Shown here piece by piece: positions 39,091 to 51,449 of a stretch of 64,000 nucleotides of DNA (position 1 is the stretch's first letter; each line of letters begins with the position of its first letter). Below the pieces are notes generated by a model. It worked only from the letters and a program-made list of their open reading frames with translations. It made no database searches and was not told the DNA's origin. Both the position numbers and the translations under genes were made by a program. The DNA is taken from positions 13,146,001 to 13,210,000 of the forward strand of contig NW_024704743.1 of the NCBI RefSeq assembly GCF_018977255.1. Reading direction: 5' to 3'. Origin of the DNA: Callorhinchus milii (Eukaryota).

Positions 39091-41681
39091 CTTTAAAGAG
39101 TAAATGTGCACTTATATGTAGCATGCTGCTCATACACGTTACTGCATGTTTGAAAAGCAAACAATGGCTCTTTCAGGGATTTCTCCCTCACCTGCTAATC
39201 CATCAATTATAATATAAAGCAAATCAGTTTAGGACTACTAATGACTGGAGCCTCTATGAGTTTAAAAGTTTCTAAGACAGCTGTCCTTAACTAATTTATT
39301 ATTTCAAATCTAATCCAGATTAGGTTACACGGTATTACAGCATACTTATGTGGATTCCTAACCCTCTTAACAAATATCATATCCCTATATTCCTATCTTT
39401 AACCCTCTTAATGTATATCCCAGATCAGCATAAGCAAATTGTGGGAAATCAGATCTAGTCTGGATCTGTACAAGCCTAAACTAGTACAAGCTAAAACCAA
39501 CATCAATTAGGGTTCTTCACCTGTGGCCTACTTTAATTCAGCACCGAACCTCTGATCCACTCCACAATACTGAGGTAGAAAGCGAGGGAATTAGAGAGGT
39601 TGGGAGTATAGTTGCTGAAGGTTTGCCCAACAATGGTGGCACAGAGAGAGCGACGGACTCATAGTAAGCCCAAGTTAGTTGAGTGGAGGAGGGAAGCTGA
39701 AGAGTGGGAATAGGGAAGATGATATAGATTGGGAAGTGCTCGAGTCTGAAGGGGTTTATAATAATAATAATAATCCTTGCATTTAATATAGCGCTTTTCA
39801 CGTCTTCTCAACGTCTCAAAGCGCTTCACAGAATAGACTGTAAAGTGAATTGACCGTATATTTGTGGGCAAAATATTTATAGGTTTATAGGTGAGGATCT
39901 TGAAATCGATCCATTGGGAGACTGGGAGTTAGAAGAGACTGGCGAGCACTGCGATGATGGGCAAGTGGAGTTTAGTACGGGTGAGGATGTGACTGTGCCC
40001 TACAACTGTTATGATATTACTGTGTATAAAGTATGTGATGTGCTGGTATAATCGATATCAGACAGGCCCCCTTAACATCCACCATCCATGTTGATGCTGG
40101 GACACCATTGGAATTGTATGGGTGAAATCAGCAGTGTTTCATAACACATTTGATATGATGATTGTCACATTATGAATCATGGCACTAATTTACCCCATTT
40201 CATATTATCCCAGTTCCTGTTCTCTTCACACACTCTTTAACATTGTTTCACTTCAAATTTTTAACTATCACAACACATTTTTCATCCTGTTGTTTCTACT
40301 TTGATAGTAATAATAATAATCATTGCACTTGATATAAGGCCTTATCATGTCATTGAGACATCTCAAAGCACTTTACAGAATATACTGTGAAGTGAATTGA
40401 CTATATTTTGTGGGGAAAATACGTGACATCAATCATTATGCAGTTTTTAGCAATTATAACAATAATAATCCTTTTCTTTTGAGAGGATCTTTGATGTCAG
40501 GAGGACATCTCAAAGAGTTTCACAGGATTCACTGTAAAGTGCAGAGATTCTGTATTTTATTTTGTTTTTTATTTTTATTTTTACTTTTATTTTGTACTCT
40601 GGAAATAATGTTCAGGTCCACCACACCCAAACATTGGACTCCCAAAGGATTGTTTACGTGGAACAAAACGAACAAGTTCAGAGTAGGAAACAGCTCATTT
40701 TATTTGCAATAAACTCTTAGATATCCTACGTGAAGATGCATCATAAACACTGCTGTGCGCAATTAGCTGCCGTGTTTCGCCCACAAATAAACGGTCAATT
40801 CACTTTACAGCATATTCCGTGAAGTGCTTTGAGACGTCTAGAAGACGTGAAAAGTGCTTATCAAATGCAAGGATTATTATTATTATTATAAAAAGTGGTA
40901 TCCAATTTGTGCACAACGATGTCCTAAAAATCAGTTATGAAGTGAATGATTAATTTTATCTGAAGGATTATTGGCCAGGACACTGGGAGAAACTCTGTTC
41001 TCCCAGTTTCCTGGCCAATAATCCTCCCAATAAAGTGAGGTGCCATAGGATTTGTAATGCCTATCTGAATAGGATGCTATTTTCATTGTCGATGTTGTAA
41101 ATTAAATGCGATATTCTGCCTCTTAGCTGCCTATGGGTTGTATGTTAACACTGCCACTTCCAGACCTTGAGAAGGATCCCATCTTGCCCACTTGATCCGT
41201 GACCTACAAACCCTGAGAACCCATTTTCTCATGGTTTTCACTGAATTTATTTCAGTCAGTGAAAACCCTGAGAAAGTGGCCAGATGGGGAGACTTGGAGA
41301 CATGCCTGATGCTGCCAGATATTTCATATCAGCAATGCAGCAATCCTTTCTCTCTGAGCTATAATCTGTTCTGTGTTAATGTAACTCGGGGAAGAAATCA
41401 GAGATAATCAAAACTTTGCCTGAATATTTTTCTTTCATCATTTTAAAACCTTACAGAAATCATATTAAGAGAATCTGCGGTTTAGTCCAATGAGAAATGA
41501 AGTATGTACGCAGTTCATTGTTCATGCTGGTGGGAATTCTGACTGCATTGTGAAAAGTAAGAGGCTGTAGAATGACACATCTGAGGTTTTGGCCACTCAG
41601 GCAAGCCATTCACCAGGGGTTGTTCTTGCACCCAAGCTCAGAACATGAGAATCAGAAAAGTTTACAGCGCTGAAGAAGACT

Positions 41682-42097
41682 GTCCTGGAGTGTATTAGTT
41701 ACCGCGCTCGCTTCACAAGCAAGAGGACCTGGGTTTGAATCCCGGGAAGGGCGAAACGTTAGGCAAGTTTCCTTACTCCACATGCCTCTTTACCTAGAAG
41801 TAAGTAGAAACCCAGTTGTTAGTCAATTGATGGATCGCTTTCCGGGGGTAATAGCATCTTCAAAAACAAAATAATAATTTGGACACTTAATCGACGACTG
41901 TGTGTGGGACACTGCTGTTCACAATTGGCTGCTGAAATTCACCCACAAAATATACAGTCAATTCACTTTACAGTATATTCTGTGAAACGCTTTGAGACAT
42001 CTCCCGATGTGAAAGGCGCTATACAAATGTAATTTTGTATTCTATTGTCTCAAAGACGTGATAAGGCACTTTATCAATGGCAAGGATTATTATTATT
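41682..42097 (+). mobile_element. Full-length tRNA-derived SINE; truncated copies near 29998, 30479, 40745, 45045, 46046, 49418, 52470 (+) and 39760 (-)
   Basis: tRNA-like head with B box GGGTTTGAATCCC, body GGCAAGTTTCCTTACTCCACA, tail GCAAGGATTATTATT. Confidence 0.9.
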
Positions 42098-42905
42098 TAG
42101 CTCTCTGGGACACCTCCCGTCATGAGGAGCACTATATAAATGCAAGTTATTGTTGTTATTATTAATAAGACCACTTGATTTATGGTACACAAATTGCTCC
42201 TTCACTGAAACTATCTATTTGAATCCCATTCTCTTGCTCTTTCCACATAAACTTTAATATTATTTTCTTTCAAGTATTTCTTTTTTAAATGATGTTACAG
42301 ACTGGCTTCAACAAACACTTATGAATAAGTTGATCAGTGGAAGTACAGAAGAATCCTGATATACTGCATTATTTTTAACTGTAGCAAACAAGCTTCCAAA
42401 TTCTGGTCTATCTTAAATTTTAAGGCAACAGTCTTAACCCTAAGACTGTGAGGGTTATCAGATCATTTGCCAGTCTTGGCCAGCAAGACCATTTTGTTAT
42501 TGGAAAGAAAACCTGTTCATTAAACATAACTGTTCATATTTATAATTGGGTGTGAAATATTTCAATGCAACCTAAATTAAAAATACTCTGAGTGTGGGAT
42601 GCCATGTAATTTCTTACTTAATTCCCACAGTCTTAATTTTCTCTCTGTAACATGAGGCAAGAAGCCGTGCATTTAAAAGCTGTGCAATGTGATCGCTGTT
42701 GCATTCACAGCAACACTTGTACCATAGGGACTAGCAATTATAATGACAACTTCTCAAGTACATGTAATACCACAAGAACACTTACCAGAGACTGAGGATT
42801 TGGCACACGCAGTGGAGAAAGTGTATATAAGTCTACTTTACAAACTGGAAGGTAACAAAGAGTATTAGTGGACAATAACACAACAAGGTCGTATAAAGAT
42901 GGTTA

Positions 42906-43700
42906 ACAACAACAACAACAACAAAATTACATTTGTAAAGCGCCTTTCACATCGGGACAGACAGAGTTACGGACCCGAGCTGGGGGTCGGGGTCGGGGAG
43001 GGTGGAGGGCAGGGGAGGAAGCAGGGAGATCAAAAGCACGTTCAAAGACGAGAATCTTGAGATGACTCTTGAAGGTGGCAAGGGAGGGGGCGAAGTGGAG
43101 GGACTGCAGGATGGCGTTCCAGAAGATGGGGGCAGAGTGGTAGAAGGCCCGCCTGCCAATAGTGGGGCGAGCAAGGCGGGAGACGTAAAGCAGGCCAAAG
43201 CCCGCTGAGTGGAGGAAACGAGCAGGATGGTAGGGGGTTAGGAGGTTGCAAAAGTAGGGGGGAGCAAGACCATGGAGAGATTTAAAGGTGAGGACCAGGA
43301 TCTTGAACTGTATCCTCTGTGTGACGGGAAGCCAGTGGAGTTGGGCGAAGATGGGGATGATAGTGTCACGGAGCCTACTGCAGGAGAGAACACGGGCTGC
43401 AGAGTTCTGGATGATCTGCAGCCTGTGGAGGGAGGAGTTGGGGAGGCCAATAAGCAATGAGTTTGCATAGTCGAGCCTCGATGATATGAAAGCATATATG
43501 AAGGGTTTGGCGGCCTGCGGTGTGAGACAGTGGCGGAACCGGGCGACTTTGCGGAGGTGGGGGAAAGCAGAGCGGGTCATGGCAGATGTGGGGTAGAAAG
43601 GATAGTTGAGGGTCAAACAAAACCCCAAGGTTCCAGACTGGCTTAGCAAGGTGGAGTGTGCAACCATGGACGGGGACGCTGTCAGCGCCTGAAGATGTCA
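42906..43700 (-). mobile_element. L2 LINE 3' fragment
   Basis: 246-aa ORF with FISSRLDYANSLLIGLP...LHWLPV..RIQFKILVLTFKSLHGLAP; (CAA)n tail. Confidence 0.95.
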
Positions 43701-45279
43701 TCCTTTCAGATTACCCACTCCTTAAAGCACCAAACTGTTTCTTAAATGCGTCCTGTATTCTGGCTTCAACTACCCTTTTTGGTAACCTGTTCTAACTATT
43801 GATTAGTATGTNAAAAAAACTTATGTGTCCTAAAACTGTCCCCCACCAACTTGGAAGAATATCCCCTCTTGTGCAGCTGACTTGGGATATCTGAAAGTAA
43901 TGTTCTGAATTTACTCTATCCCATCCAACATCTTATACACATCTACAAGGTCCCTGAGAAGTTTCTTTTTAAGGTTGATGAACCCTAGATTCTGCTTGTT
44001 TCTTGTACCTCATTTCTCTAACACTGGGATTAGCCTTGTTGCTCAGTTAAGAGAGATTAGATATTTCTACTGGAACAGCTTCCCTCAGCTTTCAAGAGCA
44101 GGTATTCCAGAATACAGCAAGATATCAAGATAGACAGAAGACACAGAAATGACAATTCAGGAAAGGGGAACTAATATGCATTTGACCTTGCTCAGTCACA
44201 TAATCAATGTGCAAAATATGTTCCCTTCAGTTATGGAAGAGATCCAGGAAATGTTTGCTGACAAGAAACAGCCTCTACATTTGATAGTACAGTAATGAGC
44301 AATTTGAGAAATTTTAGCATGACATAAAAATGAAAATGGTTCTTTGGAGGCTTTCACTTTAGCCTGTTGATTTAGCAGATGTTGGGAATTCTGTAAGATT
44401 AGTTTCAGCCTACTAAGCCACACATTGACTCCCTGGTCATTGCTCTCACTAAATTGGCTTAAATGCAAGATAAATTCTACAGAAAAGAGGACAGAATGCA
44501 CTATTGCCTGGCTGTGAGATGACAGAAGGTGTGAATACCCAGCAGACTAAAACATTAATCAGGTGGCAATATGCCATCTATTTTCCTGAGCGTCAATCCC
44601 ACTTGGTAGAGACATTGCCATTTCTAGCACACAATGTGCAGACATCAGTGGGAGCAGAAACCATCATGGGTGGGAGTTCTAATTACACCAAGTAGAACAT
44701 ATCCCATGTATTATGTCACTAATGGTATCACACAACATATTCTTTGTGCTCTTTTCATTATGTTGGGGTTGAGAAAATGGCATCACACAATGGGATTCAC
44801 TGATAATTTAATGTTGGATTTTTACTCATGCAACTACTGAGGATCACAACAAGTCCCTTATATATACCAATCACACTTCAAGCAGGCCTACTTAGCTCCC
44901 AATATCCTGTGAAAGATGAAAGTGTTACCACTTAATGAAGGTTTTTCCAATCTGAGCAAAATAAGTTTATTTCCACAACAGAACAAATCAAATAAATAGA
45001 GAAAAACATGCAAACACAAAAAACTGTAGTGAGGACATCTCAATAATTTGGTCACTCGATCCATGACTGTTTGTGGGACACTGCCGTGTGCAATTGGCTA
45101 CCGTGTTTCGCCCACAAAATACACAGCCAATTCACTTTACAATATATTCTTTGAAGCGCTTTGAAACATCTCAACAATGTGATAAGGCACTACATCAATG
45201 CAAGGATTATTATTATTATTATAACCTACCGAATCCCAATAGTCTTACAACTGAACTTGGTTCAATGTTAACTGAAACT

Positions 45280-45587
45280 CATAGTCCTCAGCTGCTCGGG
45301 ACTGGCCTCCTCCTTGTCCCCCAAGTCCTCTGCTCCACCATTGGTGGCCGTGCCTTCAGCCACTATGCCCCGAGGCTCTGGAACTCCCTTCCTCACTCCC
45401 GTCACCTTGTCCCCTCTCTTCTCACTTTCAGGTCTCGGCTGAAGATCTTTCTTTTCGACCGCGCCTTTGGTCACCTTCCTCCCACTCCCCCTGGCTCGGC
45501 CATGGGATCCGTTACTATGAAGTGCTCTGAGACGCCATCCTGCATGGAGGGCGCTACATAAATCCAAGTTGTTGTTGTTGTTGTTGC
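45280..45587 (+). mobile_element. L2 3' end
   Basis: GGRAFSHYAPRLWNSLP motif; (TTG)n tail. Confidence 0.85.
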
Positions 45588-47469
45588 TCTTCTCTTGATA
45601 GTCTTTGCACTTGATAGTCTCTTAAGCGCTTTGAGACATCTAGAAGACGTGAAAAGCTCTCTATCAAATGCAAGGATTATTATTATAGTCTCAAACTATG
45701 GATTGCCATTCTTGGTTAGGTATTGATTCCACACCCACTACCTCCCATTCACTGTCCATCTCATTGCTCATGTCTCTCAATCACAGCAAACATTTTTCAT
45801 TCTAATTGTCCTTTTTATTAGATAAATTAGTGTGTCCATTATTTTTTCTAATTCCTCCCGCCCTCCCCCCTCGTTCTCTGCTCCAGGCCTGGCCTCCTCC
45901 TGAAGGTGCTGTAGAGGGGCCAGGAGAAGGAATCTTGTTTCATTTTGTGTATCAGATTGACTAAGTTGACACTACTCTTGGCGACTGAGTCAGAAGGTTG
46001 TGGGTTCAACTCTGCATGGGGACTTTCAACTCATAGACTAGGCCAATAATCCCTCCAAAACAATAATAAATTGGTCATTTTCAATCCATGACTGTTTGTG
46101 GGACACTACTGTGCACAATTGGCTGCCGCGTTTTGCCAACAAATATATGGTCAATTCATTTTACAGTCTATTCTATGAAGCGCTTTGAGATGTCTAGAAG
46201 ACGTGAAAAGTGCTATATCAAATGCAAGGATTATTATTGTGATCATTATTAGGCTGATACTCCTGTGCAATGATGGGGATGTGCTGCTTTGTTAGAGCTG
46301 CCGCCCTTTTGATGAGACCTTAAACTATTGGTGATGCCATGCCATATATTCTTATTGAGAATCTGTCGGTTAAGCATTCACCTCATAAAATACAACTATT
46401 TTTGTTCTTTTTTTCTGACTACCAATAAACTGCTGTGAGTACAGACACTGTTTGAACCCAGCTCAATTGCAGCTACTTTAAGTGCAAAGTGAATTGCTGG
46501 ATGCATTTAATTGTTGATTTCATTGCTGAATTGTTCTACCTATCTAAGAATGTTTAATGATTTGTCGTTAATTCTCAATATATCCTCTCAATTGGCGGTA
46601 ATAAAAAGAACAAAGTAGAGTTTACACTTAACCCCTCTTAAAAAGAACAATTTTCTGTTGGCCACTAACAACATGACCATGGGAGACTTATTTGGTTGTA
46701 ATTTGGTGGGAGCCTGAGGCGGGCGGAGGAGGGGAAGAGTTGAGGAGGGAGGGGGGCGGTGGCCAAAAGGAAAGTCAATAGGAAAGGTCTAAGGTGGGTT
46801 TTAATAATATTAATAATAATAATAGGGAAGGGGCATACAGAGAGATCTCAGGATAGAGTTCCGGAGAGCAGGGGCAGAATGGCTGGAGGCTACAGCAACA
46901 ACAACTTCCATTTATGTAATGGCCCTCATACAGGGTACAGGGTAGTGCCCACAGCGATTGATAGAGGCGGAGCACGAAACCGAGCTGAGAGGAAGGGGAA
47001 GTGCCCGTAGGCAGGTCGAAGAGGGGATCTTCAGGCGCGACCTGAAGATAGGGAAGGAGGAGGTAAGATGGAGGGATAGAGGAAGAGTGTTCCAGAGTTT
47101 CGGGGTGTAGTGTCTGAAAGCAGGACAGGCTCACCAATGATAGAATGGTGTTTACTGGAGCGTCTGGGCACAGAGAAACAAGGTTCCTCTCCTGATTTAT
47201 AAAGTGTGGCAAGGATCTAAGAAACAATTCTGAAATTATTAAACTGACAGGACTGTACCTTGAAATGAAAGCAGAGACTGTTTTTTCTGGATTTATACTA
47301 AACCCAGCTCTGAAATGAAAGAAATTCACTCCCCGGGAGATGGCTAGTGGTGATCTATAAAGAAATTCTTCAATTTATTTTTATTTCTGTCATTTGTACA
47401 AAACAAGAAACCTAAAAAGAGACAAAAAATGATGTGCCCTTTCTCTGGGGAAAAGTAGTAATAACAAAA

Positions 47470-47690
47470 ATGAAAGCGAGGAGATAAGGAGAATTTTTTT
47501 TTACAGAGAGTTGTTATGGTCTGGAATGTATTGCTTGGAAACAGATTCAATAACAACTTTCAAAAGGGAATTGGATAGGTATTTGAAAAGGAAAAATTTG
47601 CAAGGATTTGGGGAAAGAGCGGGGAGTGGGACTGATCGGATAGCGAATGGCCTCCTTCTGTGCTGTAATATTCTATGATTCTATGATTCT
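47470..47690 (+). mobile_element. CR1 3' end
   Basis: GAATGGCCTCCTTCTGTGCTGTAA...TTCTATGATTCTATGATTCT tail. Confidence 0.85.
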
Positions 47691-47914
47691 AACTGTTGAT
47701 AGTCAAAAAGAAATAAAAGAATTGTACTTTTGTGTGACAATATTTTGTTAAATAAAAATCTGCCAAGCCACAGTGTGCGTGTGGGTGTAAAAAATACCCA
47801 GCCATCATACCCAGGTATTAATCTGCTGAGGCTTTAAGATATTCTGTGATCATTGTCCCAAAGACAATGGTCCAGTTGTTTACACCTGACATTTAAATTT
47901 GAAGCTCCCTCCAT

Positions 47915-48390
47915 TTGCTCGCTCCCTCCCTCTACTTCTTCTCCTCCAGCTGCAACTCCCAGTCCACTAATGTCTTGTCAGCTTGTTTGACAGACATCAA
48001 GACCCGGATGAGCGCAAATTTCCTGCAGCTGAATGTCGGTAAGACGGAAGTCATATTTTTTGGCTCCCATCAACGACTTCTCTCCTACGGGTCTGAACTC
48101 CACAATCTCCCTGGGCTCTCCCTCAGACTCTCCAAACCCGTGCACAACTTTGGCGACAGGGGCTCGAACTCCAGCTTTCCTTTCTACCCCACATTCATTC
48201 CCTGACCAGGGCCACTTTTTTCCACTTCCGTCACATTACTCGCCTCTGTCTGTACCTCACAACCGACGCAGTTGAAACCCTCGTCCACACCTTTGTCACT
48301 TACGGATTGTTGTCAGACCTCGCCACTGTGAAGCGCTCTGGGATGCTGCCCCGTGTGGAGGGTGCTATATAAATGAAAATAGTTGTTGTT
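47915..48390 (+). mobile_element. L2 fragment (divergent subfamily)
   Basis: CLTDIKTRMSANFLQLNVGKTEVIFFG motif. Confidence 0.8.
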
Positions 48391-48807
48391 ATTTTTATAG
48401 CACTTTTCAAGTTAGGAGAACATCCTAAAGCAAGTCAAGGGTTTGCACCCAAACTGGTGGTTGCATTCGGGGAGGGGTGGGGGCAGGGAAGGAGGTCAGA
48501 TTGGGGTGGTGGAAGATGACAGAAGGTGCTGTCAAAGAGCAAGGTGTTGAAGCATCAAAGTAGAGGAAGGAAGAAAAGACTCTTGTGATCCATATGGTCA
48601 GTCCCAAAGAAAAATCACCAAAAATGTAAAAATATATAATATACATAGGTTTTGGCATTAATTTGTGCCACGCCATTTCTCATTATAAGGTTCTCTTGTC
48701 ATATTGACTAAAATTGCATGATGTTACATATTAATCTGCATGTTAATGTTATGTTATTGCTGTTTTATACAGTGCTGGGAATCATATTACCTCAAAGTTC
48801 TTTCTAG

Positions 48808-48924
48808 TTTCTGCAGACAATTTTCAATGGGATATGTATCCTGGCAGATTTTCTGGGCCATGTGATGTGGATTCGAGCCCTGCGTGACATTATCTTCTCA
48901 GCCTTGGCTTTCCCTGTTGGCACC
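48808..48924 (+). CDS. ADTRP: ADTRP coding exon 2 (FLQTIFNGICILADFLGHVMWIRALRDIIFSALAFPVGT)
   Basis: Acceptor TTCTTTCTAG|, donor ACC|GTAAGT, 117 nt, phase 0-0. Family motifs LQT.F and RD..F..LAFPV. Confidence 0.92.
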
Positions 48925-48999
48925 GTAAGTAAACAGATCTTTTATTGAGGTAGAATTCATTGAACCTGTAAAAACCACAACATTATACATTATGCTATA

Positions 49000-49290
49000 C
49001 ATGTGTATAGCGCCTTTTATGTCTGGACAATCAAGTATTTGCACCTGAGCTGGGGTTTGGGGTCAGGAGGGGCCGAGAGGGTGGGGGGTAAGAGGGTGAC
49101 CAAAGGAGCGGTCAAATAGAAGGGTCTTGAGATGGGCCTCGATGGAGGCAAGGGAGGTGGGCAAGGTGAAGGGACTGTGGGATGGAGTTCCAGAGAGTGG
49201 GGCCTGACTGCCGATGGTGGAGCGGGAAGGATGGGGGACATGGAGCAGGCCAGTGTCTGCTGAGCAGAGGGAGTAGAGGTGAAGTTGTAG
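49000..49290 (-). mobile_element. L2 3' end
   Basis: Reverse complement of the CTCTGGAACTCCATCCC...CTCAAGACCCTT motif. Confidence 0.8.
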
Positions 49291-50370
49291 TGAGGAAAGA
49301 TGGCATAACTCTTTAAAAAAACTCTTTAATTGAAAAGGGTGAAAAATGTTCACTGTTATCTCATTTCTATAAAGGGTGGTTCATAACAGATTCAATGAGA
49401 TGTTATAAGTTATATAACTGGGTTCAATTCCAGGCAGGGCGAAACCTTGGGCAAGTTTCCTTACTTCACACGCCTAATAATAATCCCTCCAAAACAAAAC
49501 AATAATAAATTGGTCATTTTCAATCCGTGACTGTTTGTGGACACTGCTGTGCGCAATTGGCTGCCGCGTTTCGCCCACAAATATACAGTCAATTCACTTT
49601 ACAGCATATTCTGTGAAGCACTTTGAGATGTCTAGAAGACGTGAAAAGCGCTATATCAAATGCAAGGATTATTTTTATTATATTATTATAAGACGGCACA
49701 GTTTTCATCCCATATGCATTTCACTGCAATTTCAACCATATCATTTGGATTCAGATGAAGTGATTACCATTCAAATACAATGCAGTAGCATCAATTCAAA
49801 GGCCCAAAATTCCACCCAGACTTACCCTGGAAAACCTTCCTAAAATTGTACAAAGTTGTAGACTTTTTTTAATACAGTCTTAATTTGGAAGCCATTTATT
49901 TTCAGGAAAAACGGGGACTAAAAAGCAACTCTTTGCAGACCGTCACCAATTAGGAAATAGTAGAAATGTTTTGATATTTATACTATTGTGTGCTAACCCA
50001 AGGAAAGTGTTACGAATAGCCACAAATTTTATTTCACTGTCGTGTGACACCATTGGACCGGCTTCAGTACATGTAGGCAACACTGGCACTGTCTGGCTGG
50101 TGTGTTGCACGTGAGGCACATGTAATTACCTCATGGTGACCCGACCTTAGCAATGCAGCTTGGGTGCCCAACCAGTAACGTCAAGCACTTTGAGGCATCC
50201 TCCCTTTGTGAAAGGCGCAACATGAATGTAAATCGTTTTGTATTAAGCATTAAATGATAATTTTTAAACAAATTTTGCATGAATGGGAGCTGCCACATTT
50301 GAAATTATGTCAACGATGTACCTTTCATCTTTGATTTTTAACGCGTTTAAATGTGAATTCATTTTTGCAG

Positions 50371-50472
50371 TTTGTAGTGACATCCTTTTGGCTGCTATTC
50401 AGTTATGATAGAGCATTGGTGTACCCTGAAGGCTTGGATAAATTAATTCCCTTATGGCTGAACCATGCTATG
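50371..50472 (+). CDS. ADTRP: ADTRP coding exon 3 (FVVTSFWLLFSYDRALVYPEGLDKLIPLWLNHAM)
   Basis: Acceptor TTTTTGCAG|, donor ATG|GTAAGT, 102 nt. Motifs FW, DR.LVYP, IP.WLNHAM. Confidence 0.95.
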
Positions 50473-50679
50473 GTAAGTGCCAGTATTTAGAACTAATAAA
50501 TCTTAAATGCATTAAGATACGAACTGACTGAGTTGGTTGAAGTCTGCAGGTCAAGTATTAAAGTGTGAGCAGTTATCACCTCAAACTAACTTTACACGTA
50601 CCCATTGTGAGAAGATCAGAATGAAATGTGGAGAATCCCAAGTCAATCTGCCTTTCCTACACACGGCCTGTTCCTCCTC

Positions 50680-51449
50680 TGCACTCCACTACACCAAGCC
50701 AGTCAGGAACCTGGGCGTCTTGTTGGACCCTGAACTGTCCTTTATCCCCCATTTCCATGCCATGACCTGCTCTGCCTTCCCCCACTTCTGTAACATTGCC
50801 CAATTCCGCCACTGCCTCACTCCTCATGCCGTTGAAACCCTCATATGTGCATTTGTCACCTCAAGGCTCGACTATGGAAACTCCCTGCTTGTCGGCCTGC
50901 CAAACTCTTCCCTCCACAAGCTGCAGATCATCCAGAGCTCTGCAGCTCGTTTCCTCTCCTGCACCAGGCTCCGTGACCCCATCACCTCGACCCTCGTCCG
51001 GCTCCACTGGCTCCCCATCCCCCAGAGGATAGAATTCAAAATCCTCGTCCTCACTTTCAAGGCCCTCCACGGCTTTGCCACCTCCTACCTCTCTGACCTG
51101 CTGGCCCCTATCAAGCTGTCTGCTCCCTCTGTTCAGCAGACTCCGGCCTCCTCCATGTCTCCCGCACAACCTGCCCTTCCTATCAGTGGTCGGGGCTTCA
51201 GCCTCTCTGCCCCCACCCTTTGGAACTCCATCCCACAATCCCTTTGCCTTGCTCCCTCTCTTGCCTCCTCCAAGGCATGACTCAAGACCCTCCTTTTCAA
51301 CCATAGCTTCAGATGCCCTCCTACCTCTCTGCCCTCTCTTATCCCAACCCTGCCCCACCCAAGCTCGGTCCCTGATCTCCAACTGTTCAGCGCCTTGGGA
51401 CATTCTCCCGATATGAAAGGTGCTTTACAAAATGTAATTTGTTGTTGTT
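50680..51449 (+). mobile_element. L2 LINE 3' fragment in ADTRP intron 3
   Basis: VRNLGVLLDPELSF...FVTSRLDYGNSLL...LHWLPIPQRIEFK; (TTG)n tail. Confidence 0.95.

Noticed and set aside
41682..41760. tRNA gene
   Set aside because: The tRNA-like sequence is a SINE head, continuous with SINE body and tail, and lacks a full cloverleaf.
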